Source of the DNA: an uncultured Nitrospiraceae bacterium
GTDB lineage: Bacteria; Nitrospirota; Thermodesulfovibrionia; UBA6902
NCBI GenBank assembly: GCA_964347155.1
Contig: CAYFXR010000149.1
Span: forward strand, 1-33,332
DNA: 33,332 nt
Direction: 5' to 3'
Shown here: one piece after another, positions 26,364-33,332 of the stretch
How positions within the stretch are numbered: the stretch's first letter is position 1
Layout: every line of letters begins with the position of its first letter
Program-made: the position numbers and the translations under genes
Notes under the pieces: generated by a model
Database searches by the model: none
The model's input: only the letters and a program-made list of their open reading frames with translations
What the model was told of the DNA's origin: nothing

Positions 26364-26765
26364 AGGATAATGGGGCTTGATGTTGGTGATAAATACATAG
26401 GCGTAGCGGTGAGTGATGGCCTTGGGCTCACAGCTCAGGGGATAGACACTATAAAAAGGAATAACTATATATTAGCGTTAAAAGAGATTATCAAGGAATA
26501 TCATGTAGAATCAATTGTAGTTGGACTCCCCAAAATGCTTAACGGCACCATTGGTATTCAGGGTGAAAAAGTTATTCAATTTACAGATGAATTAAAATCA
26601 TCCATTCCCTTACCAGTCTCCTTCTGGGACGAAAGATTGAGTACGGTGAGCGCTGAAAGGGTTTTATTAGAGGCTGATGTGTCCAGGAAGAAAAGAAAGG
26701 GTCTTCGCGACAAGGTCTCAGCAGTAGTTATCCTTCAGAATTATCTCGATAGTGTAAAACAATGA
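26364..26765 (+). CDS. ruvX: Putative pre-16S rRNA nuclease / Holliday-junction resolvase-like YqgF (RuvX)
   Basis: [20 protein letters not shown]-terminus. The ORF-track upstream extension (26250-26363) is not conserved. Confidence 0.8.
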   Translation, partial: RIMGLDVGDKYIGVAVSDGLGLTAQGIDTIKRNNYILALKEIIKEYHVESIVVGLPKMLNGTIGIQGEKVIQFTDELKSSIPLPVSFWDERLSTVSAERVLLEADVSRKKRKGLRDKVSAVVILQNYLDSVKQ

Positions 26766-27799
26766 AAAAAATATTTTTTCTTATCATACAGATAGTTTCT
26801 GTGGTGACCGGTTTTGCCATCTTGGTAAGTCTTGCCTTTTTTATTCATATCTCAACACCTGTTTCGTACAAGGAAATCTGGAAAGAGATTGAAATTCCAG
26901 AAGGAGTAAGTTTTAAGAAAGGAATTGAGATTTTAGAAGATAATGGTATTATAAAAAGTAAAATTACCTTTCTCTTACTGGGCAGAATAACCAATACCGA
27001 TAGGCAATTAAAAGCTGGATTCTATCATCTCAGTGCCTCTATGATCCCGGTGCAGATCTTTAAAGATCTAATTGCGGGCAGGACAGTTCAATACAGTATT
27101 ACAATCCCTGAGGGTTCAACTCTGGAAGATATCAGAAAGAAATTTAAAGGTACAGGTCTTATTGACAAAGAATCTTGGCAGCTCGTTTACGATAAGGATT
27201 TTCTTGATTCTCTTGAAGTACATGCTCCAAGTCTGGAAGGTTATGCATATCCTGATACCTATAATTTTCCAAAGGGAACAGAGCCAAGAACTATCTTTAA
27301 AATTATGGTTCAGAGGCTCATGGAGAATTTTAAAGAACCCTTAAGAAGAAGGGCTATAGAACTCGGTATGACTGAAAACGAGGTCTTAACTCTTGCTTCG
27401 ATTATTGAAAAAGAAGCGATATATAATTTTGAACGGCCCTTGATATCAGCTGTTTACCACAATCGTTTAAAGAAAAAAATGAGACTCCAGGCTGATCCTA
27501 CAGTGCTCTATGGAGTAAAAGAGAGATGGAAGCGGATTCGATACAGGGATTTAAGGAGGGTCACACCATATAACACCTATATAATTAAAGGGTTACCACC
27601 GGGTCCGATTGCATCTTCCAGTATAATGTCCATAAAGGCCGCACTTTATCCTGCAAAAGTTAATTATTTATATTTTGTCTCGATGAATAACGGTAAACAT
27701 CATTTTTCCTTCACCGGGGAAGAGCATGAAAAGGCGGTAGACGTCTATCAGCGCAACAGCTATAATAAAACCCAAAATGGCAAAAAAAAAGTCAACTAG
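26762..27799 (+). CDS. mltG: Endolytic murein transglycosylase MltG (YceG family)
   Basis: N-terminal TM. YceG-like domain (ITIPEG, GLPPGPI). ATGA overlap with ruvX. Confidence 0.8.
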   Translation: MKKIFFLIIQIVSVVTGFAILVSLAFFIHISTPVSYKEIWKEIEIPEGVSFKKGIEILEDNGIIKSKITFLLLGRITNTDRQLKAGFYHLSASMIPVQIFKDLIAGRTVQYSITIPEGSTLEDIRKKFKGTGLIDKESWQLVYDKDFLDSLEVHAPSLEGYAYPDTYNFPKGTEPRTIFKIMVQRLMENFKEPLRRRAIELGMTENEVLTLASIIEKEAIYNFERPLISAVYHNRLKKKMRLQADPTVLYGVKERWKRIRYRDLRRVTPYNTYIIKGLPPGPIASSSIMSIKAALYPAKVNYLYFVSMNNGKHHFSFTGEEHEKAVDVYQRNSYNKTQNGKKKVN

Positions 27800-28829
27800 A
27801 CAGATAAGACTCGGAGGTGTAAAAATCGGGGGAAGCGCACCTGTGGTCGTCCAGTCTATGACAAAAACCGACACCCGTAATGTATTTTCCACTGTAGCTC
27901 AAATAAAAAGGCTACAGGCTGCTGGCTGCGAAATAATAAGAGTTGCAGTCTTGAATGCAGAAGCTGCTCAGGCCATAAGATCCATAAAGAAAAAGATAAA
28001 AATTCCCCTTATTGCCGATGTCCATTTTGATCACAGACTTGCTCTTGAGTCAGTAGCAAATGGAGCGGATGGATTAAGGATAAATCCTGGGAATATCGGC
28101 AGCAAACTGAAAATAAAAGAAGTTGTAAATGCTGCAAAAGATAAAGGAGTTCCAATAAGGATAGGGGTTAATGCAGGATCTCTGGAAAAAGAGCTGTTGA
28201 GAAAATATAAACATCCATCTGCAAAGGCACTTGTTGAAAGTGCAGGAAGGCATATAAAAATCCTTGAAGACATGAAATTTACCGCCATTAAAGTCTCTCT
28301 TAAGGCATCCGATGTTTTGAAAACGATTGAGGCTTACCGCCTTTTTGCTGAGAAATTCAGATACCCTCTTCATATCGGTATTTCAGAGGCAGGTCCTGTT
28401 TTCTCAGGAACCGTAAAGAGTGCTGTTGGTCTAGGAATACTTCTCTCAGAAGGTATTGGAGACACAATAAGAGTGTCATTAACTGCAGAACCTGTTGAGG
28501 AAGTAAAGGTTGCTTATGAGATTTTGAAATGTTTGCATTTGAGGCAAAAAGGTCCGGAGCTGATTTCCTGCCCTACGTGCGGTCGATGTCAAATAGATAT
28601 AAGGGGAATTGTAGATAGTGTTGAAAAGAAACTTGTTGATATAAAAAAACCCGTTAAGGTAGCTGTCATGGGATGCGTGGTAAACGGCCCGGGAGAAGCA
28701 CGGGAAGCTGACATAGGAATTGCAGGTGGAAAGGGCATGGGTATCCTTTTTAAACAAGGCAAAGTCGTGAAGACTCTAAAAGAACGAGAACTTTTCAGTA
28801 CGTTAATAAGAGAGATCAAGAAGCTGTAA
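27777..28829 (+). CDS. ispG: 4-hydroxy-3-methylbut-2-enyl-diphosphate synthase IspG (GcpE)
   Basis: IRLGGVKIGGSAPVVVQSMT N-terminus. C-terminal CPTCGRC [4Fe-4S] motif and GCVVNGPGE. Confidence 0.9.
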   Translation: MAKKKSTRQIRLGGVKIGGSAPVVVQSMTKTDTRNVFSTVAQIKRLQAAGCEIIRVAVLNAEAAQAIRSIKKKIKIPLIADVHFDHRLALESVANGADGLRINPGNIGSKLKIKEVVNAAKDKGVPIRIGVNAGSLEKELLRKYKHPSAKALVESAGRHIKILEDMKFTAIKVSLKASDVLKTIEAYRLFAEKFRYPLHIGISEAGPVFSGTVKSAVGLGILLSEGIGDTIRVSLTAEPVEEVKVAYEILKCLHLRQKGPELISCPTCGRCQIDIRGIVDSVEKKLVDIKKPVKVAVMGCVVNGPGEAREADIGIAGGKGMGILFKQGKVVKTLKERELFSTLIREIKKL

Positions 28830-28898
28830 AAATATAAATTGCGCCGCAGCAGAACCGCGAGGTATGAAAACAAAAAAATATGTATCTTTAATTAAATG

Positions 28899-29231
28899 CT
28901 ATAATTGGGCACAATAACGAACGCTTTCATTTTCATGGTCATTATATCTGCTTTTATATTTAGTAAATGTCCTGACCACTTTTCCTTGTTGGAACGTATA
29001 TTCTTTAAGTGCCTCTTTCTTATGTTTTTTCGCATTTTCTATTTTATGTTCATATCCCTTTAAACTTTCGATTAAACAATTGAGTATATTTGTTGCAATA
29101 TCAATAATCTGATTTTCCGAGAAACCTTTTTTTCGCAAAATCCGATAAAAAACCTTTGCAACAACCCTTGCTCCCTTTTTTGTATCCTTTGCTGCAATGT
29201 TTATTACTTTGTCAATGTTCGAATAATTCAT
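28899..29231 (-). CDS. Small hypothetical protein co-transcribed with dehydratase/activator fusion
   Basis: SD GGGGGTGA 6 nt upstream of ATG 29231. 4-nt gap from the upstream gene stop. No recognisable domain. Confidence 0.45.
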   Translation of the reverse strand: MNYSNIDKVINIAAKDTKKGARVVAKVFYRILRKKGFSENQIIDIATNILNCLIESLKGYEHKIENAKKHKKEALKEYTFQQGKVVRTFTKYKSRYNDHENESVRYCAQL

Positions 29232-29235
29232 AACA

Positions 29236-31428
29236 TCACCCCCTGTACATTTTATTTTCGTTTGCCGCAATAATTGCTGCTCCCAATGCCCCGATAATTT
29301 GTGGATTATCGGGAACTAAAATTTTCTCCCCAACACCTCTTTCGAGAGCACGAACTACACCACCATTAAGTGCTACTCCTCCTGACATAGCGATTGGTGT
29401 AATAATCTTTGGAGATAACTGCCTCAATAAAGTAATAGTCCTGGTCACAACCATTTCATGAATACCCCTTACGATATCATCTGCTGAAGAGCCTCTGGCA
29501 ATTAAGCTGACGACTTCTGACTCTGCGAAGACAGTGCACATTCTGCTCAGCGTTAAAGACTTTTTTGCATTAGCGTCATAGTCGCTTAAATCTTCCAATC
29601 CAATTCCTAACGCATTTGCCATTGCTGCAAGGAACTTGCCGGTTCCAGCAGCGCATGCATCATTCATCCGAAAGCGCGCTTCGTCACTCAAAATAACTTT
29701 TGTATCCTGTCCGCCAATCTCAACGATTGTCTTGACTCCGGGAAATAGATATTTCATCCCTTCATTATGGCAAGTGATTTCTGTTATTACTTTATGGGCA
29801 AAAGATACATTTTCGCGACCTACGCCTGTAGCAACAACGCTTTTACAACTTCCTATTTTTAATCCACCCGCTGTACTAAGAGCCTCTTTGCTCGCCCTTT
29901 CTATAGCTTTTCTATTGTCAGAGCCAGTAGGAATAACACTGGATCCCAATATATTTCCTTTTCCGTTTTGACTAAATACCACAACCTTGATTGAAGAAGA
30001 TCCTACATCAATTCCCATGTAGCATTCTTTATCAGCAGCCCAAGGGAGTATGTTTAATTTCCTTTTATCAGGTGTATCATAACTATAAATGGATTGTCTG
30101 GCTTTTAAACCTTCCAGAAAGGCATGAAGTCTTGTTCTCACCAGTTCGCTGCGTTCATCGACCAGACAATCACTGCTCAGATTCAAAATAGGCAATCCTT
30201 TTTTTTGATTTAAAAACTCGGAAACTACAGGAAAGGTATTTTTGGTCCATTCACAATTTTCATGAGAGAAATGAATTGCTCCATCTACCTTAAACTTTTC
30301 TGCAAGATTATCAAGGTCTTTTGCACGCTTTAATGACGTTCTATATTGTCCACCACCCGAAAGAATTTCCCTGGCAAGGCTCTTATAGGGATTTGAAGGG
30401 TCCACTTCACTTCGCGAAGGATAATTTACTTCCTCGAAAGCAATCACAGCGTTATGCTCTTCCAGTATGTCAAATATTTTATTGTCGTAATAAGGTCTAA
30501 GATGGAGCCAGAGCAGCCTCAATTTTTCTTTGGGAAGATCATTATTATTTCTTTCTACTCTCGCTTTGAGTTCTGAATAGAGAAGACTATAGATTTCCAC
30601 AATCTCTTCAGAACCCCAGGTTTGTGACAGAACCGTAGCATAATCGAGGGCTTCTCTACTTGGCATTGGGGAAGGCACGGTCTGCCGCAGCTCCTCAATC
30701 TTTTTCCAGTACCAGGCTGCCTGATTTGAGAACTCAATTACCTTTGGAAGTCTTTCTTTTTCTACTTCACTTACACTTATTCCAGTCTTTCTGCATAGTA
30801 GAGCCGTTAGACGTCTAAACTGGTTAGCAACATACTCAACAGACTCTGCACTGCTATCCAACGGTATATTCAGATAGAAATAATCACTTCCATAAAATCT
30901 ACTGACATCATGGAGAATGGAACCTATTCCATTACAGAAGCTGGGAGACCCTATAACGAGATCCGGTGTTGGCATTATTCCCTCATGTACTCCTCCAATT
31001 GTAGTTTTTAAGAAGGAGCATAATTTAGGTTCATATTGATTTTCTTCAGCTTTCTGAATAGCATTTCTTATTGCCGGTTGACACTGGGCAACTGCGGAAC
31101 AGGACATTTCAGGGGTAAAAGGCAGGGCACCTGCAGCATAAAGAATTTCTGATGGTACCAGGAAACTTCTCCAGGCAACTACAGTATTTGGATTGTAGGC
31201 ACTCAGTAGCTGTCTGGCAATCAAGGCCGTCCGTTTGTCAGTTGATTTTAACAGTCTGCTTTTTTTCTCTCTCTGCTCTTTACCTCCATATTTTAAAGCT
31301 TTCAAAAATTTCTTCTTTTGGTCTAATCGGGTATGACTTCTTCTGTTGCTGAGAAGTTCTTTTTTGTTCTTTGAGCAGAAGTTGAAAGTGTTTTGACTAC
31401 TTAATGTGCTTATTGTTTCCATATACAT
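29236..31428 (-). CDS. Fusion protein: N-terminal 2-hydroxyacyl-CoA dehydratase (HgdB/HadC-like) domain + C-terminal BadF/BadG/BcrA/BcrD (HgdC-type) activator ATPase
   Basis: C-terminal YMGIDVGSSSIKVVVF, GGQDTKVI, DACAAGTGKFL and GGVALNG ASKHA/activase motifs. N-terminal ~440 aa is HgdB-like. Confidence 0.7.
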   Translation of the reverse strand: MYMETISTLSSQNTFNFCSKNKKELLSNRRSHTRLDQKKKFLKALKYGGKEQREKKSRLLKSTDKRTALIARQLLSAYNPNTVVAWRSFLVPSEILYAAGALPFTPEMSCSAVAQCQPAIRNAIQKAEENQYEPKLCSFLKTTIGGVHEGIMPTPDLVIGSPSFCNGIGSILHDVSRFYGSDYFYLNIPLDSSAESVEYVANQFRRLTALLCRKTGISVSEVEKERLPKVIEFSNQAAWYWKKIEELRQTVPSPMPSREALDYATVLSQTWGSEEIVEIYSLLYSELKARVERNNNDLPKEKLRLLWLHLRPYYDNKIFDILEEHNAVIAFEEVNYPSRSEVDPSNPYKSLAREILSGGGQYRTSLKRAKDLDNLAEKFKVDGAIHFSHENCEWTKNTFPVVSEFLNQKKGLPILNLSSDCLVDERSELVRTRLHAFLEGLKARQSIYSYDTPDKRKLNILPWAADKECYMGIDVGSSSIKVVVFSQNGKGNILGSSVIPTGSDNRKAIERASKEALSTAGGLKIGSCKSVVATGVGRENVSFAHKVITEITCHNEGMKYLFPGVKTIVEIGGQDTKVILSDEARFRMNDACAAGTGKFLAAMANALGIGLEDLSDYDANAKKSLTLSRMCTVFAESEVVSLIARGSSADDIVRGIHEMVVTRTITLLRQLSPKIITPIAMSGGVALNGGVVRALERGVGEKILVPDNPQIIGALGAAIIAANENKMYRG

Positions 31429-31742
31429 TTTTCTTTTTTCCTTTACGTTTTGTTATTTGCTGTTTCCCTAATAGACGTTACAATTCGGAAAATCTTGCAT
31501 AAAACATTTTTAAAATTTTGTATTAAAGTTTTCACATGATTCATAATACCTATAAACAGAAATGCAATATTTCCTTTTTTCAGCTAATATTGCTTTATTT
31601 ATCGGGACTTCCTTTTTATTTCTCCCTATATATTTAAGAATCTTTTCTATTCGTGCCCTTCATCTAAAATTAGACGGACATTGTATCGTTATGTTTATTC
31701 ATAGAACAAATCTAATGCCAGATTAATGCAAACTTATGAGTA

Positions 31743-31925
31743 TTAACCCCAGATAATGCAGGCATTGCTCAATAAATTATTTAACTCGATAAATTTATTA
31801 TTAAATTGTGCATATGGCTTTGAATAAAAGTATTCAAACTCGATCAATTAATATTGCGTTTAAGGTATCGAAAAATAATTTATTTCACAAAGCCTGCACT
31901 ATTTTAAATGCATTTTTTGGGTTAA
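31743..31925 (+). mobile_element. MITE-like element, sub-family 1 (copy G)
   Basis: ~95% identical to 2062-2243. TIRs TTAACCCCAGATAATGCAGGC ... GCCTGCACTATTTTAAATGCATTTTTTGGGTTAA. Confidence 0.7.
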
Positions 31926-32145
31926 TAGAAATTTTTACTTTCAATGAGTTAATGTGTATTTGGAAGATTTTTTATGATAAGCTGAATGTCTTTACTAATT
32001 TGTTATTATGCAAAAGCTGTGTGTACTTAAAAAGCTATATAGGAACAAATATGTTGAAATTGTTAATTAAATAAGGAATGGATATGATATCAATTTCTAC
32101 TTGAGATGATATCAAATTTACCATATACTTCATATGTGGAGATAT

Positions 32146-32208
32146 AAAATATGCAGGACAGTTGTATATCTGTAAGACGAGCTTTTGAGATGCATTTTTT
32201 GGGTTAAA
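32146..32208 (+). repeat. Mini (internally deleted) derivative of the repeat family upstream of panC
   Basis: AAAATATGCAGGACAGTTG (left-TIR-like) ... GATGCATTTTTTGGGTTAAAGG (right terminus). 65 bp upstream of panC ATG. Confidence 0.45.
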
Positions 32209-32274
32209 GGCAAGGTGAAGTGGGAAGGAAATCCTGAAGAAATGCGAAAGGGAAGAAGTGGTTAAAGAGGAAAC

Positions 32275-33123
32275 ATGGACGTCATTAAAACTATAAAAGA
32301 GATGCAGGCTTTGAGCCGGAAGCTCCGTGCTGAAAAGAAGACCATAGGTTTTATTCCCACAATGGGGGCATTGCATGAAGGTCATTTAAGTCTTGTCAGA
32401 AGATCAAAACAAGAAAATGACATAACTGTTGTCAGCATTTTTGTAAACCCAACTCAATTTGGACCAAAAGAGGATTTTGAAAGATATCCGAGAGATAGAA
32501 AAGGAGATTTAGATAAACTATCATCTCTTGAGGTTGAGGCTGTTTTCATGCCTGAGAACGGCGAGATGTATCCGGAGGACTTTTCTGCATCAATCGATAT
32601 TGGGAATATAGGCAGGATGCTCTGCGGTCTTTCAAGAGAGGGGCATTTCAACGGCGTGGCAACCGTTGTTGCCAAGCTTTTTAATATCGTAATGCCTGAC
32701 AGGTCCTATTTCGGGCAAAAAGACTTTCAGCAGACAGTGGTGATAAAGAAATTAGTAAAGGATTTAAATTTTAATATCGATATTGTTGTCTGTCCTATTA
32801 TGAGGGAATCTGACGGCCTGGCTATGAGTTCAAGAAACACGTACTTGAATCAAGAAGAAAGAAAAGCAGCGCAATTATTATATAAGGCATTACAGTATGG
32901 AGAAAAGCTTATATTATCTAAGGGTGTTGATGCATCATCAGTTAAATCAAATATTGAAAAACTGATTCAATCTGAATCGCTTGCTCACATCGATTATGTG
33001 GATATTGTCAATCCACCAAACCTTGAGACAATGCAGACCATTGTATTACCTGTGGCTATTTGCCTTGCTGTTAAAATTGGAAATACGAGGTTAATAGATA
33101 ATATAATAGTTGACAAAAGATAA
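32275..33123 (+). CDS. panC: Pantoate--beta-alanine ligase PanC
   Basis: PTMGALHEGH HIGH-type motif. 282 aa. SD AAGAGGAAA. Confidence 0.9.
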   Translation: MDVIKTIKEMQALSRKLRAEKKTIGFIPTMGALHEGHLSLVRRSKQENDITVVSIFVNPTQFGPKEDFERYPRDRKGDLDKLSSLEVEAVFMPENGEMYPEDFSASIDIGNIGRMLCGLSREGHFNGVATVVAKLFNIVMPDRSYFGQKDFQQTVVIKKLVKDLNFNIDIVVCPIMRESDGLAMSSRNTYLNQEERKAAQLLYKALQYGEKLILSKGVDASSVKSNIEKLIQSESLAHIDYVDIVNPPNLETMQTIVLPVAICLAVKIGNTRLIDNIIVDKR

Positions 33124-33260
33124 GAAGGGATTTGTTCAGAAATAATTTTTGTCTGTTTATTAAATAGCCTTTTCATATCTTCAACGTAAAAGCTAAAATA
33201 TCAAAAAGGGTTCAAGAACCTTATTTTATAAATCCCCGAAAAAACTGCTTAAGTAATAAT

Positions 33261-33332
33261 ATGACTGATAAAGATCAAGACGTGAGAGTCCTTCCATTGA
33301 AAGACCGCAGGGAAGAAATACTTCCGCTTGCA
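33261..33332 (+). CDS. 5' fragment of an unidentified ORF (runs off window)
   Basis: ATG 33261 MTDKDQDVRVLPLKDRREEILPLA... Only 24 codons visible. Confidence 0.25.
   Translation, partial: MTDKDQDVRVLPLKDRREEILPLA

Noticed and set aside
31808-32074. 88-aa ORF (also 660-890, 2531-2719, 12272-12614, 15020-15493 and other short track ORFs)
   Set aside because: Lie inside repeat copies or antisense/out-of-frame within well-supported genes. Low-complexity AT-codon composition. No motifs.
33124-33260. Weak hairpin GGTTCaaGAACC + T-run after panC as terminator
   Set aside because: Only a 5-bp stem. Not convincing.
1-33332. CRISPR arrays, tRNA, rRNA
   Set aside because: The repeats found are long (>170 bp), non-tandem, have TIRs and lack uniform spacers. 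No cloverleaf-capable GC-rich ~75-nt segments or rRNA-like conserved stretches were seen in intergenic DNA.

Overview
This window is a ~33 kb low-GC (~40%) bacterial chromosomal segment, probably from an anaerobe rich in multiheme cytochromes. CX4CH heme motifs, TAT-exported Mo/FeS proteins and NtrC-type regulation are compatible with an anammox-type Planctomycete or similar, but the lineage cannot be determined from sequence alone.

Three themes stand out.

1. Positions 7.9–24.2 kb encode a complete sensing-plus-respiration module.
- A PhnD-like periplasmic binding protein, a histidine kinase and a sigma54 (NtrC-type) response regulator form an AioXSR/ArxXSR-like arrangement.
- A stand-alone CheY-like receiver gene follows.
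- Two near-identical sigma54 promoters follow (TGGCA-GTTATTTGC).
- One promoter drives a ~9.5 kb operon: SPFH/stomatin protein, TAT-FeS (NrfC/PsrB-like), NrfD/PsrC-like membrane quinol subunit, octaheme cytochrome c, 12-heme cytochrome c, a second TAT-FeS protein, and an 827-aa TAT-exported Psr/Phs/Arr-clade molybdopterin subunit.
- The 12-heme cytochrome has one CX4CH site and a poly-Asp/Glu tail.
- A TorD-like chaperone and a convergent pentaheme cytochrome c complete the module.

2. A molybdenum/tungsten homeostasis neighbourhood surrounds this module. It comprises MoaA, a MoeA/MogA-like protein, a TSUP permease, an N-terminal-only ModE-like regulator, an FmdE-like protein and a MOT1-family molybdate transporter homologue. 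A genuine thioredoxin-type ArsC lies at the 5' end.

3. A dispersed, AT-rich, ~175–280 bp MITE-like repeat family carries terminal inverted repeats (TTAACCC..ATAATGCAGRC / GYCTGCATTAT..GGGTTAA).
- At least 7 full or partial copies occur in both orientations in intergenic spaces.
- Sub-families, internal-deletion minis and nested GC-rich multi-hairpin cassettes are present.
- Copies abut gene boundaries, supplying the last codons and stop of the kinase and spurious in-frame ATGs upstream of the chaperone and pentaheme genes.

The 3' end carries housekeeping genes: GYD, RuvX, MltG, IspG and PanC. It also carries a fused 2-hydroxyacyl-CoA-dehydratase-like/activator ATPase protein with a small co-transcribed partner.

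No rRNA, tRNA or CRISPR array was found.
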